Assembly (NCBI GenBank): GCA_002269645.1
Contig: NIVC01000381.1
Coordinates: 186,001-250,000, forward strand
Length of the DNA: 64,000 bases
From: Macrostomum lignano
Taxonomy: Eukaryota
Reading direction: 5' to 3'
Notes under the pieces: model-generated
What the model was told of the DNA's origin: nothing
The model's database searches: none
Seen by the model: the letters and a program-made list of their open reading frames with translations, nothing else
In this document: one piece after another, positions 49,598 through 60,299 of the stretch
Position numbering within the stretch: the first letter of the stretch is position 1
How the letters are laid out: every line of letters begins with the position of its first letter
Translations under genes and position numbers: made by a program

Positions 49598-52500
49598 ATG
49601 CAGGGATTCCCCGAGCGATATTCAAGATCGATATTCGGAAATAACAAAAATCTTTGCTTTTAAAGCACCAACCGCTATGATTTTTTACAGAAAAAACATC
49701 ACTCACAAGATAAACCGACTTGAAAAAAATTACGGCTACAGATAGAAAGGATTTTTTACAATTTGCAAAAAACTGATGTTCCTATCTCCACAATGCATTA
49801 GATTGATATTCGATTTCGAGTACTTCTGCTTGCTCTCTGTCGCTGAAAATTGACATGCAGGACTTCACCCAGACACTAAGCGATTATCATAACTCAAACC
49901 GAACTCAAAGCTTCATGCTCGAGAACTATTCGAGAAAAACTGATGTTCCTATCTCCACAATGCATTAGATTGATATTCGATTTCGAGTACTTCTGCTTGC
50001 TCTCTGTCGCTGAAAATTGACATGCAGGACTTCACCCAGACACTAAGCGATTATCATAACTCAAACCGAACTCAAAGCTTCATGCTCGAGAACTATTCGA
50101 GAAAAACTGATGTTCCTATCTCCACAATGCATTAGATTGATATTCGATTTCGAGTACTTCTGCTTGCTCTCTGTCGCTGAAAATTGACATGCAGGACTTC
50201 ACCCAGACACTAAGCGATTATCATAACTCAAACCGAACTCAAAGCTTCATGCTCGAGAACTATTCGAGAAAAACTGATGTTCCTATCTCCACAATGCATT
50301 AGATTGATATTCGATTTCGAGTACTTCTGCTTGCTCTCTGTCGCTGAAAATTGACATGCAGGACTTCACCCAGACACTAAGCGATTATCATAACTCAAAC
50401 CGAACTCAAAGCTTCTTGCTCGAGAACTATTCGAGAAAAACTGATGTTCCTATCTCCACAATGCATTAGATTGATATTCGATTTCGAGTACTTCTGCTTG
50501 CTCTCTGTCGCTGAAAATTGACATGCAGGACTTCACCCAGACACTAAGCGATTATCATAACTCAAAGCTTCATGCTCGAGAACTATTCGAGAAAAACTGA
50601 TGTTCCTATCTCCACAATAATATGTGAATATGTCAACAGCACAGGCAATAAATCCTTTTCTAAACTTCTGAACTTCGAGGACGAAGAACAAGCTCAGGGA
50701 ACTACGCTGGATCGAGATGAAATATTCAATGATGCGGATGAGAGAAGTCAGCGTCGCACAAAGCAGAAAAATCGAACACAAGGGAGGTCAGGCAGTCCAG
50801 CTGATCCAATCGTAGCTCAACTTAAGCATCCTGTCGGGTTTTCTATTTTGGAGTCGCAGAGAAAAAGTTTAGAAGGGAGCAACTGGATAGATTATCATGT
50901 AAGTTCTTACATGTTTTCTTACAGGTTCCCATGTTTACTGGAAGCCATTTTTACCTGGTAGCGATTAACGTATCAGCTAGAAATGTTTACCTCTTCGACT
51001 CCTCTACCAGTAATATCCGCCAGCAGAATGTGTTGCCCAGAATTGTAGAAAACTGGAAGTAAGAAGCCTTTCCTTTCAACCTTTGACTTCAGATAAGACA
51101 ATTATGAATGTAAGAATACACATCCATGTAAGCTTTTCCGAACACCAATTGTAGTGTTTTCTACGTCTGGCACCAAAAGAAATCTACGAGTATTTTTCAC
51201 TCAAAGAAAATACTACTTTTCGCAGTGGCAGCGCTCCACACTAAGCAAGACGATTGTTTTCGATTCTAAGCAAGCAGAAGTACTCGAAATCGAATATCAA
51301 TCTAATACATTGTGGAGATAGGAACATCAGTTTTTCTCGAATAGTTCTCGAGCATGAAGCTTTGAGTTCGGTTTGAGTTATGATAATCGCTTAGTGTCTG
51401 GGTGAAGTCCTGCATGTCAATTTTCAGCGACAGAGAGCAAGCAGAAGTACTCGAAATCGAATATCAATCTAATGCATTGTGGAGATAGGAACATCAGTTT
51501 TTCTCGAATAGTTCTCGAGCATGAAGCTTTGAGTTCGGTTTGAGTTATGATAATCGCTTAGTGTCTGGGTGAAGTCCTGCATGTCAATTTTCAGCGACAG
51601 AGAGCAAGCAGAAGTACTCGAAATCGAATATCAATCTAATGCATTGTGGAGATAGGAACATCAGTTTTTCTCGAATAGTTCTCGAGCATGAAGCTTTGAG
51701 TTCGGTTTGAGTTATGATAATCGCTTAGTGTCTGGGTGAAGTCCTGCATGTCAATTTTCAGCGACAGAGAGCAAGCAGAAGTACTCGAAATCGAATATCA
51801 ATCTAATGCATTGTGGAGATAGGAACATCAGTTTTTCTCGAATAGTTCTCGAGCATGAAGCTTTGAGTTCGGTTTGAGTTATGATAATCGCTTAGTGTCT
51901 GGGTGAAGTCCTGCATGTCAATTTTCAGCGACAGAGAGCAAGCAGAAGTACTCGAAATCGAATATCAATCTAATGCATTGTGGAGATAGGAACATCAGTT
52001 TTTCTCGAATAGTTCTCGAGCATGAAGCTTTGAGTTCGGTTTGAGTTATGATAATCGCTTAGTGTCTGGGTGAAGTCCTGCATGTCAATTTTCAGCGACA
52101 GAGAGCAAGCAGAAGTACTCGAAATCGAATATCAATCTAATGCATTGTGGAGATAGGAACATCAGTTTTTCTCGAATAGTTCTCGAGCAAGAAGCTTTGA
52201 GTTCGGTTTGAGTTATGATAATCGCTTAGTGTCTGGGTGAAGTCCTGCATGTCAATTTTCAGCGACAGAGAGCAAGCAGAAGTACTCGAAATCGAATATC
52301 AATCTAATGCATTGTGGAGATAGGAACATCAGTTTTTCTCGAATAGTTCTCGAGCATGAAGCTTTGAGTTCGGTTTGAGTTATGATAATCGCTTAGTGTC
52401 TGGGTGAAGTCCTGCATGTCAATTTTCAGCGACAGAGAGCAAGCAGAAGTACTCGAAATCGAATATCAATCTAATGCATTGTGGAGATAGGAACATCAGT

Positions 52501-52840
52501 TTTTCTCGAATAGTTCTCGAGCAAGAAGCTTTGAGTTCGGTTTGAGTTATGATAATCGCTTAGTGTCTGGGTGAAGTCCTGCATGTCAATTTTCAGCGAC
52601 AGAGAGCAAGCAGAAGTACTCGAAATCGAATATCAATCTAATGCATTGTGGAGATAGGAACATCAGTTTTTGCAAATTGTAAAAATTCCTTTCTATCTGT
52701 AGCCGTAATTTTTTTCAAGTCGGTTTATCTCGTGGGTGATGTTTTTTCTGTAAAAAATCATAGCGTTTGGTGCTTTAAAAGCAAAGATTTTTGTTATTTC
52801 CGAATATCGATCTTGAATATCGCTCGGGGAATCCCTGCAT
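49598..52840. mobile_element. Foldback/Mutator-like DNA element (3243 bp): long TIRs containing inverted arrays of a 167-bp unit, with a 9-bp TSD
   Basis: Termini ATGCAGGGATTCCCCGAGCG... and ...CGCTCGGGGAATCCCTGCAT. Identical flanking 9-mer ATGCAATCC at 49589-49597 and 52841-52849. ~170-bp unique TIR, then ~5 (left) and ~8 (right, inverted) 167-bp units around a ~0.65-kb core. Confidence 0.88.
50620..51058 (+). pseudogene. Ulp1/C48 (SUMO-protease-like) gene remnant inside the foldback element
   Basis: ...SLEGSNWIDYH|gtaagt...cttacag|VPMFTGSHFYLVAINVSARNVYLFDSS...ENW|gtaag resembles the Ulp1 W-L-x-D and H-W-x-L-x-V-I...Y-x-Y-D-S (His/Asp) motifs. The catalytic Cys exon is not seen. Confidence 0.5.
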
Positions 52841-54404
52841 ATGCAATCCCTCGTCCTCAATAGGATACCATATTTGGTATGGTAATATGATAGGTATTAT
52901 TTGCCAATTTAAATGATGTGTAAGCGTTATTGACATGTTCGTAGGCCTATTACTATTAGACGCCAGATAGCTAGCCCTGGCCGAGGAAAATAGACTTATT
53001 TGTGACTCTTAAATTTTCATTAGAATCAGGCTTTTTAGTCAGACCTATGCAATAAATCAAATCAAACCACAAACAAATATTTCAAATATAGCTTTCAGTA
53101 AGTAGTAGTAGTAGCAAAGGGCCTATTCTCCACAAGGCTAATAAGGGATAGACATGCATAAGCCACAATCCAGGTCTTTATTATATCAATTGTGGATCAT
53201 TTTTGTTTAGGCCTAGAATAGGCCTACATTCTACAATCCTACTAATCTATACTATATTCATCAAATTAGGTTCCCAGCCCTAATGCAATGGTCTAGTTTT
53301 CTATATGAAATAGGCCTAGAAAGTTAGTCTATGTTTATTTGTTCAATGATTTATTTAATATTTAACCAATTATTATGCCTATTGCCTAGGCCTATTGCCT
53401 AATATATCATTTTTAGCTTTTATATCCTTGTATCTACTGATAAAAATAAATTTAATATAGCCAAATACTTCTAAAAATGCTTCAGAAGTCAGTCTTAAAT
53501 CTAAAATGCATTAAGTATAAAAGCAAACATAGAAAAAACATTTAAATATAATTTTTTATTAGGCATTAAGGGCCTAGCCATTAGGCCTAGGCCTTAAGCC
53601 TACTACTACTAGTAGTAATGGCAATGCTTCTAAATATTTTATTATCTTTTTGAAAACAATATTTTGACATAGATATTAAAAAAGTTGTTTCTTGACTAGG
53701 TCTAAGGTCTACTCTAAGTAACTAAGGCAACAAAGCTTTTGTAAAAGAAACTTTTAAGTTCCTATAGTTGGGGACTAAAGCAATAGACTTTTTGCTTTAT
53801 ATATACATTGCATAAATAATATGGTAAGGGCTATAGTTTAGGATAAAACTTTCATTTTCAATATTAAAAGAGTTTTAATCTACTCTTAAGTCTTTCAAGT
53901 TAGAGTTTTAAGCATTAAAGATTTCCAATACCATATGCACATTGTATGGTTGGGGTAATTAGGGGCTAAGATAAGATAAATGAAGTCTTACTCTTAATTA
54001 AAGGTTGGAGAGAATTTAAAAAAAAATTTTAGGACTTGAAATCTATACTTTTAAGATAATTGAGTTTTAATCAAGATTTGATATTAAACCTAGGCATAAT
54101 TAGCATCTAATAGGCATATTTACACCATTCTATTTATCAATGCTAATATTTTTCTTTAGTAAGTATATACAATCATCATAATAGAATGAGAAATAGTTAT
54201 TATCGTAGTCACCAATAGATTTTACATTATAGTTAAATCTTGACTTTTTTCTATATCTTGAAACCAAGATCAAGATTAAGATTTTGAGATCTTGTCTAAC
54301 CTCTAATCTTAGCCATTTTTGTATAATTAAAAGATAAGAACTTTAATGAAGAATATTACTATTGCTCTTTATTTTATCAATATATTATAGAGAAGGATTA
54401 ATAA

Positions 54405-54915
54405 TTGTGGCTCATAGGAGAATTGCTAAGAAGTCAAGGTTTATATGGGGGAATTGCTGAGGTGTCGTGGCTCATAGGAGAATTGCTAAGAAGTCAAGGT
54501 TCATATGGGGGAATTGCTGAGGTGTCGTGGCTCATAGGAGAATCGCTAAGAAGTCAGGTTTATATGGGGGAATTGCTGAGGTGTCGTGGCTCATAGGAGA
54601 ATCGCTAAGAAGCCAGGTTTATATGGGGGAATTGCTGAGGTGTCGTGGCTCATAGGAGAATTGCTAAGAAGTCAAGGTTCATATGGGGGAATTGCTGAGG
54701 TGTCGTGGCTCATAGGAGAATCGCTAAGAAGCCAGGTTTATATGGGGGAATTGCTGAGGTGTCGTGGCTCATAGGAGAATTGCTAAGAAGTCAAGGTTCA
54801 TATGGGGGAATTGCTGAGGTGTCGTGGCTCATAGGAGAATTGCTAAGAAGTCAAGGTTCATATGGGGGAATTGCTGAGGTGTCATGGCTCATAGGAGAAT
54901 CGCTAAGAAGCCATT
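54405..54915. repeat. 59-60-bp tandem repeat (GTGGCTCATAGGAGAATTGCTAAGAAGTCAAGGTTCATATGGGGGAATTGCTGAGGTGTC), ~8.5 copies, just upstream of the nuclear receptor
   Basis: Direct reading. Confidence 0.93.
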
Positions 54916-55029
54916 ATATATGACAACTACTCAAGAGACTATTAATAACTTGTAATAAATTGTTCAAAGCCTAATATACTCCAGACTGACCACTTACTAA
55001 TCTAATAAGCCATTAACTAAAAGTACATC

Positions 55030-57889
55030 ATGGAGTGCAGCATCTGCGGCGCGCCCCCGTCTGGCGTGCACTATGGCGCCACCACCTGCGAAGCTTGTAA
55101 AGCATTTTTTAAACGTACTGTGCACTCCTGTCTTACCTATTCCTGCATTCGGCCGGGAAATCCCGGACAGTGTCCGGTGCACGGCAATCGGCGTCGTCAG
55201 TGCGCCGCCTGTCGCTGGCGCCGCTGCCTCACTGTCGGGATGCGACCAGAGTTGATTAGGTCCTCCGGGACTGCCGCAGCCGACGCTTCTGCTACCGCTA
55301 ATCCACAGCCGTTGGAGCAGCCTCAGCCGGTCCAGGAGGACCAGTCTCTGGGATTTCTTAACCATGACCCGAAACTGGCTGACACAGGTGAGAGCTGGGC
55401 TAGATGGGAATTAGACACAGGTGAGAGCTGGGCTAGATGGGAATTATACACAGGTGAGAGCTGGGCTAGATGGGAATTAGACACAGGTGAGAGCTGGGCT
55501 AGATGGGAATTAGACACATGTGAGAGGTAGGGTAGATGGAAATTAGACACAGGTGATAGCTGGGCTAAATAGGGATTAGACACAGGTGAGAGAGAGGGGA
55601 AATGATGCGGATTAGGCACTGTAAGACCAGAATTACGAGAAAATCAGGAGGCCTCCGCTGTCGTACCGAACGTCTTAGCGCTGGTGGGACGACCGGGTCG
55701 ATTGCTGCTTCGGTGTCACCGTCGTCATCGTCATTGCCGCCTGACAGCTGAGCCCAGGCGTCAGGCACACCCAGCTGCTCAGGACTGGTGCTGGTAGCCG
55801 GAGCCGGCTGCTGCTCATCGGTCAGTTGCAGAGAGCCGCGCCGCTTCACGAATGGCTTGAGGCGGTCATGGTGCACCACGAGCTTGCGACGCCGCCGAAC
55901 CGCTAGGCCAGGTGCCAGCCGCACTCGATAGTTGACCTCACCCAGCCGCTTGAGAACGACGTAGGGCCCCGTCCAGCGGTTGCTGAGGCTCTTGGAGCGA
56001 CCAGGCTTCACCGTCTTGCAGCTTAGCATGACCAGATCGCCTTGGTTGTAGGGCTGAAACCGCACGTCCTTGTTGTATCGTTCGTTTCTATCAGTCTGCG
56101 CGCTCTGAAGCTTCTGGTGGACGAGCCTCCGACTCTGCAAAAGCCGTTTCTGAACATCCTCGACGTACTCCAGAGTATCCGAAGCGCCGCTGTTGGTGTG
56201 CGGCAGCTTGACACCAAGGCAGTCAGGCAAGTAGACTTATTTAGACACAAATGAGAGGGGAAATGATAGGGATTAGACACAGGTGAGAGGGGGGAAATGA
56301 TGGGGATTAGACACAAATGAGAGGGGAAATGATGGGGATTAGACAACAGGTGAGAGAGAGGGGAAATGATAGGGATTAGACACAAGTGAGGCAAAAGAGC
56401 GATTAGACAGACTACTGTAACTGCCCCTCCCCCAACCGACAGGTCTGTTTCAACCGCTCGTCGAGCCGCGCCATCAGCTAAAAGCTGACAGCCCTTTGCT
56501 CTACCGCCTGCAACAGTTGGACTCTCCGCTGGATCAGCTGCCACCACCGTCGGAGCCTGTGGAGACTCAGCCACCCTTGAGCAGCGAGGAGATCACGGCG
56601 GGAGTGTCTCAGGCAAACGAGAACCTAGTGCAAAACCTAGTGAGCTTTGCTAAAGGCCTACCAGAGTTTTCTTCGCTGCCTATGTCCGATAAAAAGCTCT
56701 TGCTGCAGCATCATTGGTTAGGCTTGAATGTGTGGGAGATTTCTAATAATTCTGTGCCCTACAACGGTGAGTTAAGGATATTAAGACAGATTAATGAGTT
56801 TTTGTCCTAATAAGTATCCAAGAAATACTTGCTCATAATTCTCTGTCAAAATACCTGTTGGAATACATATTGAAATCCCTATTATAATTCCTATTCGAAT
56901 CTTTATTAAAATCCACATTAAAATCCCAATTAGAATCAGTATTGAAATACCTGTTACAATCTCTATTAGAATCTCTATTAGAGTCCCTATTCTAATATTT
57001 ATTAGAATCCCTATTTGAATCCCTATTAGAATACCTATTAGAATCTCTATTATAATATTTATTAGAATCCCTATTTGAATCCCTATTAGAATACCTATTA
57101 GAATCTCTATTAGAATCCCTATTAGAATCCCTATTAGAATGTCTATTAGAATCCTATTAAAATACCTATTAGAATCTCTATTAGAATCTCTATTAGAATC
57201 TCTATTAGAGTCCCTATTATAATATTTATTAGAATCCCTATTTAAATCCCTATTATAATACCTATTCGAAGACCTAGTAGAATATCTATTATAATCCATA
57301 TTAGAATACCTATTAGAATACCTATTAGAATCTCTATTAGAATGTCTATTAGAAACTCCATTAGAGTCCCTATTATAATATTTATTAGAATCCCTATTAG
57401 AATCCCTATTAGAATACCTATTAGAATCCCCATTAAAATCCCTATTAACCCCATACAACCCATGCAGGCTACATCCGGTTCAGTGACACCTTCCGTCTGC
57501 ACGAGTCGCACTCGTCTCAACACTCGCGCTCATTTTCTAGTCGAGCTGGCCAGCAGATGCGCACGTTTATCCGTAGACTAACCTCTCTGCAGGTGACTAG
57601 ATTGGAATTTCTGCTACTAAAAGCAATTTTTCTATTAGACGCAGATGCTCAAACCGAATGGTCGAATAGAGAAGCTATCGACGCTGCTCAGAATTGCTAT
57701 TTGGTTGAGCTGGCCAAGGTGTGCGGAGATCCTACCAGGAAGAGCACACTGCTCATGCTGTTTGGCACCCTGTCAGCGATGAAGATTCACTCTGTGGGAT
57801 TCTGGGCCTCAGTTATTGAGCGGACGAAGTATCTGCCGCAGCCGCTACTGTCCGAGATGCTGGAATTCTCATTAGCCACAGGAGTCTGA
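55030..57889 (+). CDS. Nuclear receptor, ERR/NR3B-like P-box (~367 aa). Exons 55030-55387, 56443-56766, 57468-57889
   Basis: C4 zinc fingers with P-box CEACKAFFKR; LBD signature LVSFAKGLPEFSSLPMSDKKLLLQHHW; helix EFLLLKAIFLLD; AF-2-like LLSEMLE. Phase 1/1 GT-AG introns. Confidence 0.88.
55381..55616. repeat. 33-bp minisatellite (GACACAGGTGAGAGCTGGGCTAGATGGGAATTA); related units resume at 56235-56410
   Basis: Direct reading; 11-aa DTGESWARWEL periodicity. Confidence 0.92.
55617..56232 (-). mobile_element. Ty3/gypsy-type pol fragment (integrase C-terminal GPY/F region), no LTR
   Basis: Open frame with GDLVML...SLSNRWTGPYVVLKRLGEVNYRV...VVHHDRLKPF...LRRSVRQRRPPDFL, typical of gypsy (or Ginger) integrase C-termini. 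Confidence 0.82.
56865..57450. repeat. ~12-bp degenerate minisatellite (CTATTAGAATCC) in nuclear receptor intron 2
   Basis: Direct reading. Confidence 0.9.
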
Positions 57890-58584
57890 ATTGCTATGTA
57901 TGAATCGAGGACTTAAAAAATGTTGTTGAGAGAGAATTTTACACTTCAAAATTTACTTAAAAGGCTTAATTGAATATATTATAAGCCTTCAAATAAGTTC
58001 ATGTTCATTTTTCTAAGCGTTATTTCCTTTTACTACCGTTGGTCCTTGGTTCGAGTTCTGCTTTTCAACGACGATTTAAGACTCAATTATGTTCAGATTA
58101 TGCGTGTAAATTCTAACCGTGATCCCCATTAATTTTAAGGTCCCCAAACATGCAAAAGATTGGAATCTCAGTTCTGTTTGTTTATAATATAACCTATTCT
58201 ATTTAGAGTTTAACTAAACGCGCTAAGCCGTACTGCTTGCTAAGGATATCAGTAGTCAGCTCCATTAATATGGCATTTTCTCCTATTTGCTTCTCGATTT
58301 ACTTAGCGTTCCAAGTTCGAGATTCTTAGCGTTACCACTGCACTGGCGGTTGTATTGATGAGCACGTATATAATAAAAGTACTGATTGTACTTAATTGTT
58401 TTGTTCACTTGTAATAATGTCTGTTTTTTGTCTGTGCACACGTTGCTTGTTTTGTTCCTGACATTCTACATGTTTTAAATCCGGTATGTAATTATTGTTA
58501 ACGGTAAAGCCGCTGTTGTATTTCGAATTTGTTCAATTCGATTATAGAGCCGTCATCCTCTTTCAGTTCCATTATCTTAGACCC

Positions 58585-59052
58585 GCTTTCCACCCCTTCC
58601 TCCCGCTATTTTATAGCAACCACCCCTTCCTCCCGCTATTTTATAGCAACCATCCCTTCCTCCCGCTATTTTTAGCAACCACCCCTTCCTCCCGCTACTT
58701 TATAGCCACCACCCCTTCCTCCCGCTTTTTTATAACCACCACCCCTTCCTCCCGCTTTTTTATAACCACCACCCCTTCCTCTCGCTTTTTTATAACCACC
58801 ACCCCTTCCTCCCGCTATTTTATAGCAACCACCCCTTCCTCCCGCTACTTTATAGCCGCCACCCCTTCCTCCCGCTATTGTATAGCCGCCACCCCTTCGT
58901 CCCGCTATTTTATAGCAACCACCCCTTCCTCCCGCTATTGTATAGCCGCCACCCCTTCCTCCCGCTATTTTATAGCAACCACCCCTTCCTCCCGCTATTT
59001 TATAGCCATCACCCCTTCCTCCCGCTATTTTACAGCCGCCACCCCTTCCTCC
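58585..59052. repeat. 30-bp minisatellite (ACCCCTTCCTCCCGCTATTTTATAGCAACC), ~15 copies
   Basis: Direct reading. Confidence 0.94.
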
Positions 59053-60299
59053 ATTATCTTAAGTCCTGTAACATACTCTTATGCATACTAGAGAAACAAT
59101 GCTAAATGAATATGTACGCGTACTATTTCTACGTGCTATTTGTACTTTTTGCGGTATTTTGTATCATGCACAGTTTCAAATGATTGTTCTCGCACTTTGT
59201 TTTTGCATTCCTGTAAACATATCAATAGCATGTTTATATTATGCGAAATAGAAGCTTTATTAGACAGTTTTATTAACCAACTAATAGAAGGCATTAAAAT
59301 TGCCCGAACTTTTAATCGATAGTCTTTCTTAATCCCATAATAATCTGCTCTAAGTAATAATTGTTGGTAAAATATTAATAACCGTTTCGCTTGATTTTTC
59401 GTTAATCGTTTTCGTTTCTTTAATAAAAGCGGATTCGTTGCTTTTGTTCAATTGAATTGTTTTAATAAATTTTTATTTGATTGTTTGGAAGAAAAAGTTG
59501 AAATTTATTGGAACGCCTACTGCTGCCTTTAATGCTTTGGTCGCTAGAAGGAGTTCTATGTTTGACTAATAAATAAAACTCTTTGTTATATTACTAGTTG
59601 ACAAAATAAATGCAAATTAGTGCAAAAAGTCAAGTTTTTATCCTGTCTTCTTTAAATTGATTTTTTTACTAATAGCTGCAGCAGATAACATTGTATAATT
59701 ACATTAGTATATAGTTATTAAAAAATGCTATTGCACTACTCTTAGGAGTTAGGAGTACTAGTTTTAAGTAGTGCAAAAATAGACGAAATAGTCGATGGTT
59801 TACAAGTCACTTTATACGAATTGAGAGTAAATTTACTCTCACAGCAGCCTGGATAAAAAATAGATTTCGAATCGAACTTCAGAAAACAGCAAACCAAAAC
59901 CAAATCAAAGTAATTAATTTCGCAAATAATTTTTAAACATTCAAACCCAGCCAAATTGAAAACAAGGAAGTTTTGGAAGTCTGTGATTACTCAAATGAAG
60001 GACTTTGCGCGTTGAGTGTCCAATTCATGCCTTATAAGAACATTATAGGAATATTCTGGCCAGGGTTCAACTGAATAGCAAAAGTGCCATACTATACAAA
60101 CTGAGCGATAAATTTATTAAGCGATTAGTAAAGACAAGATTACAAAATCTGAAGTTGAGCCAAAAAGTCATAGGCGCAGATAAGCTTGTATATTTTACAA
60201 TAATACCGCATATACTCAAATCACGCTAGAGTACTAAATGTTATATTACCAAGATTTATAATCATGCTAGTTACATATATTTCCTTTTTGAACGAATTT

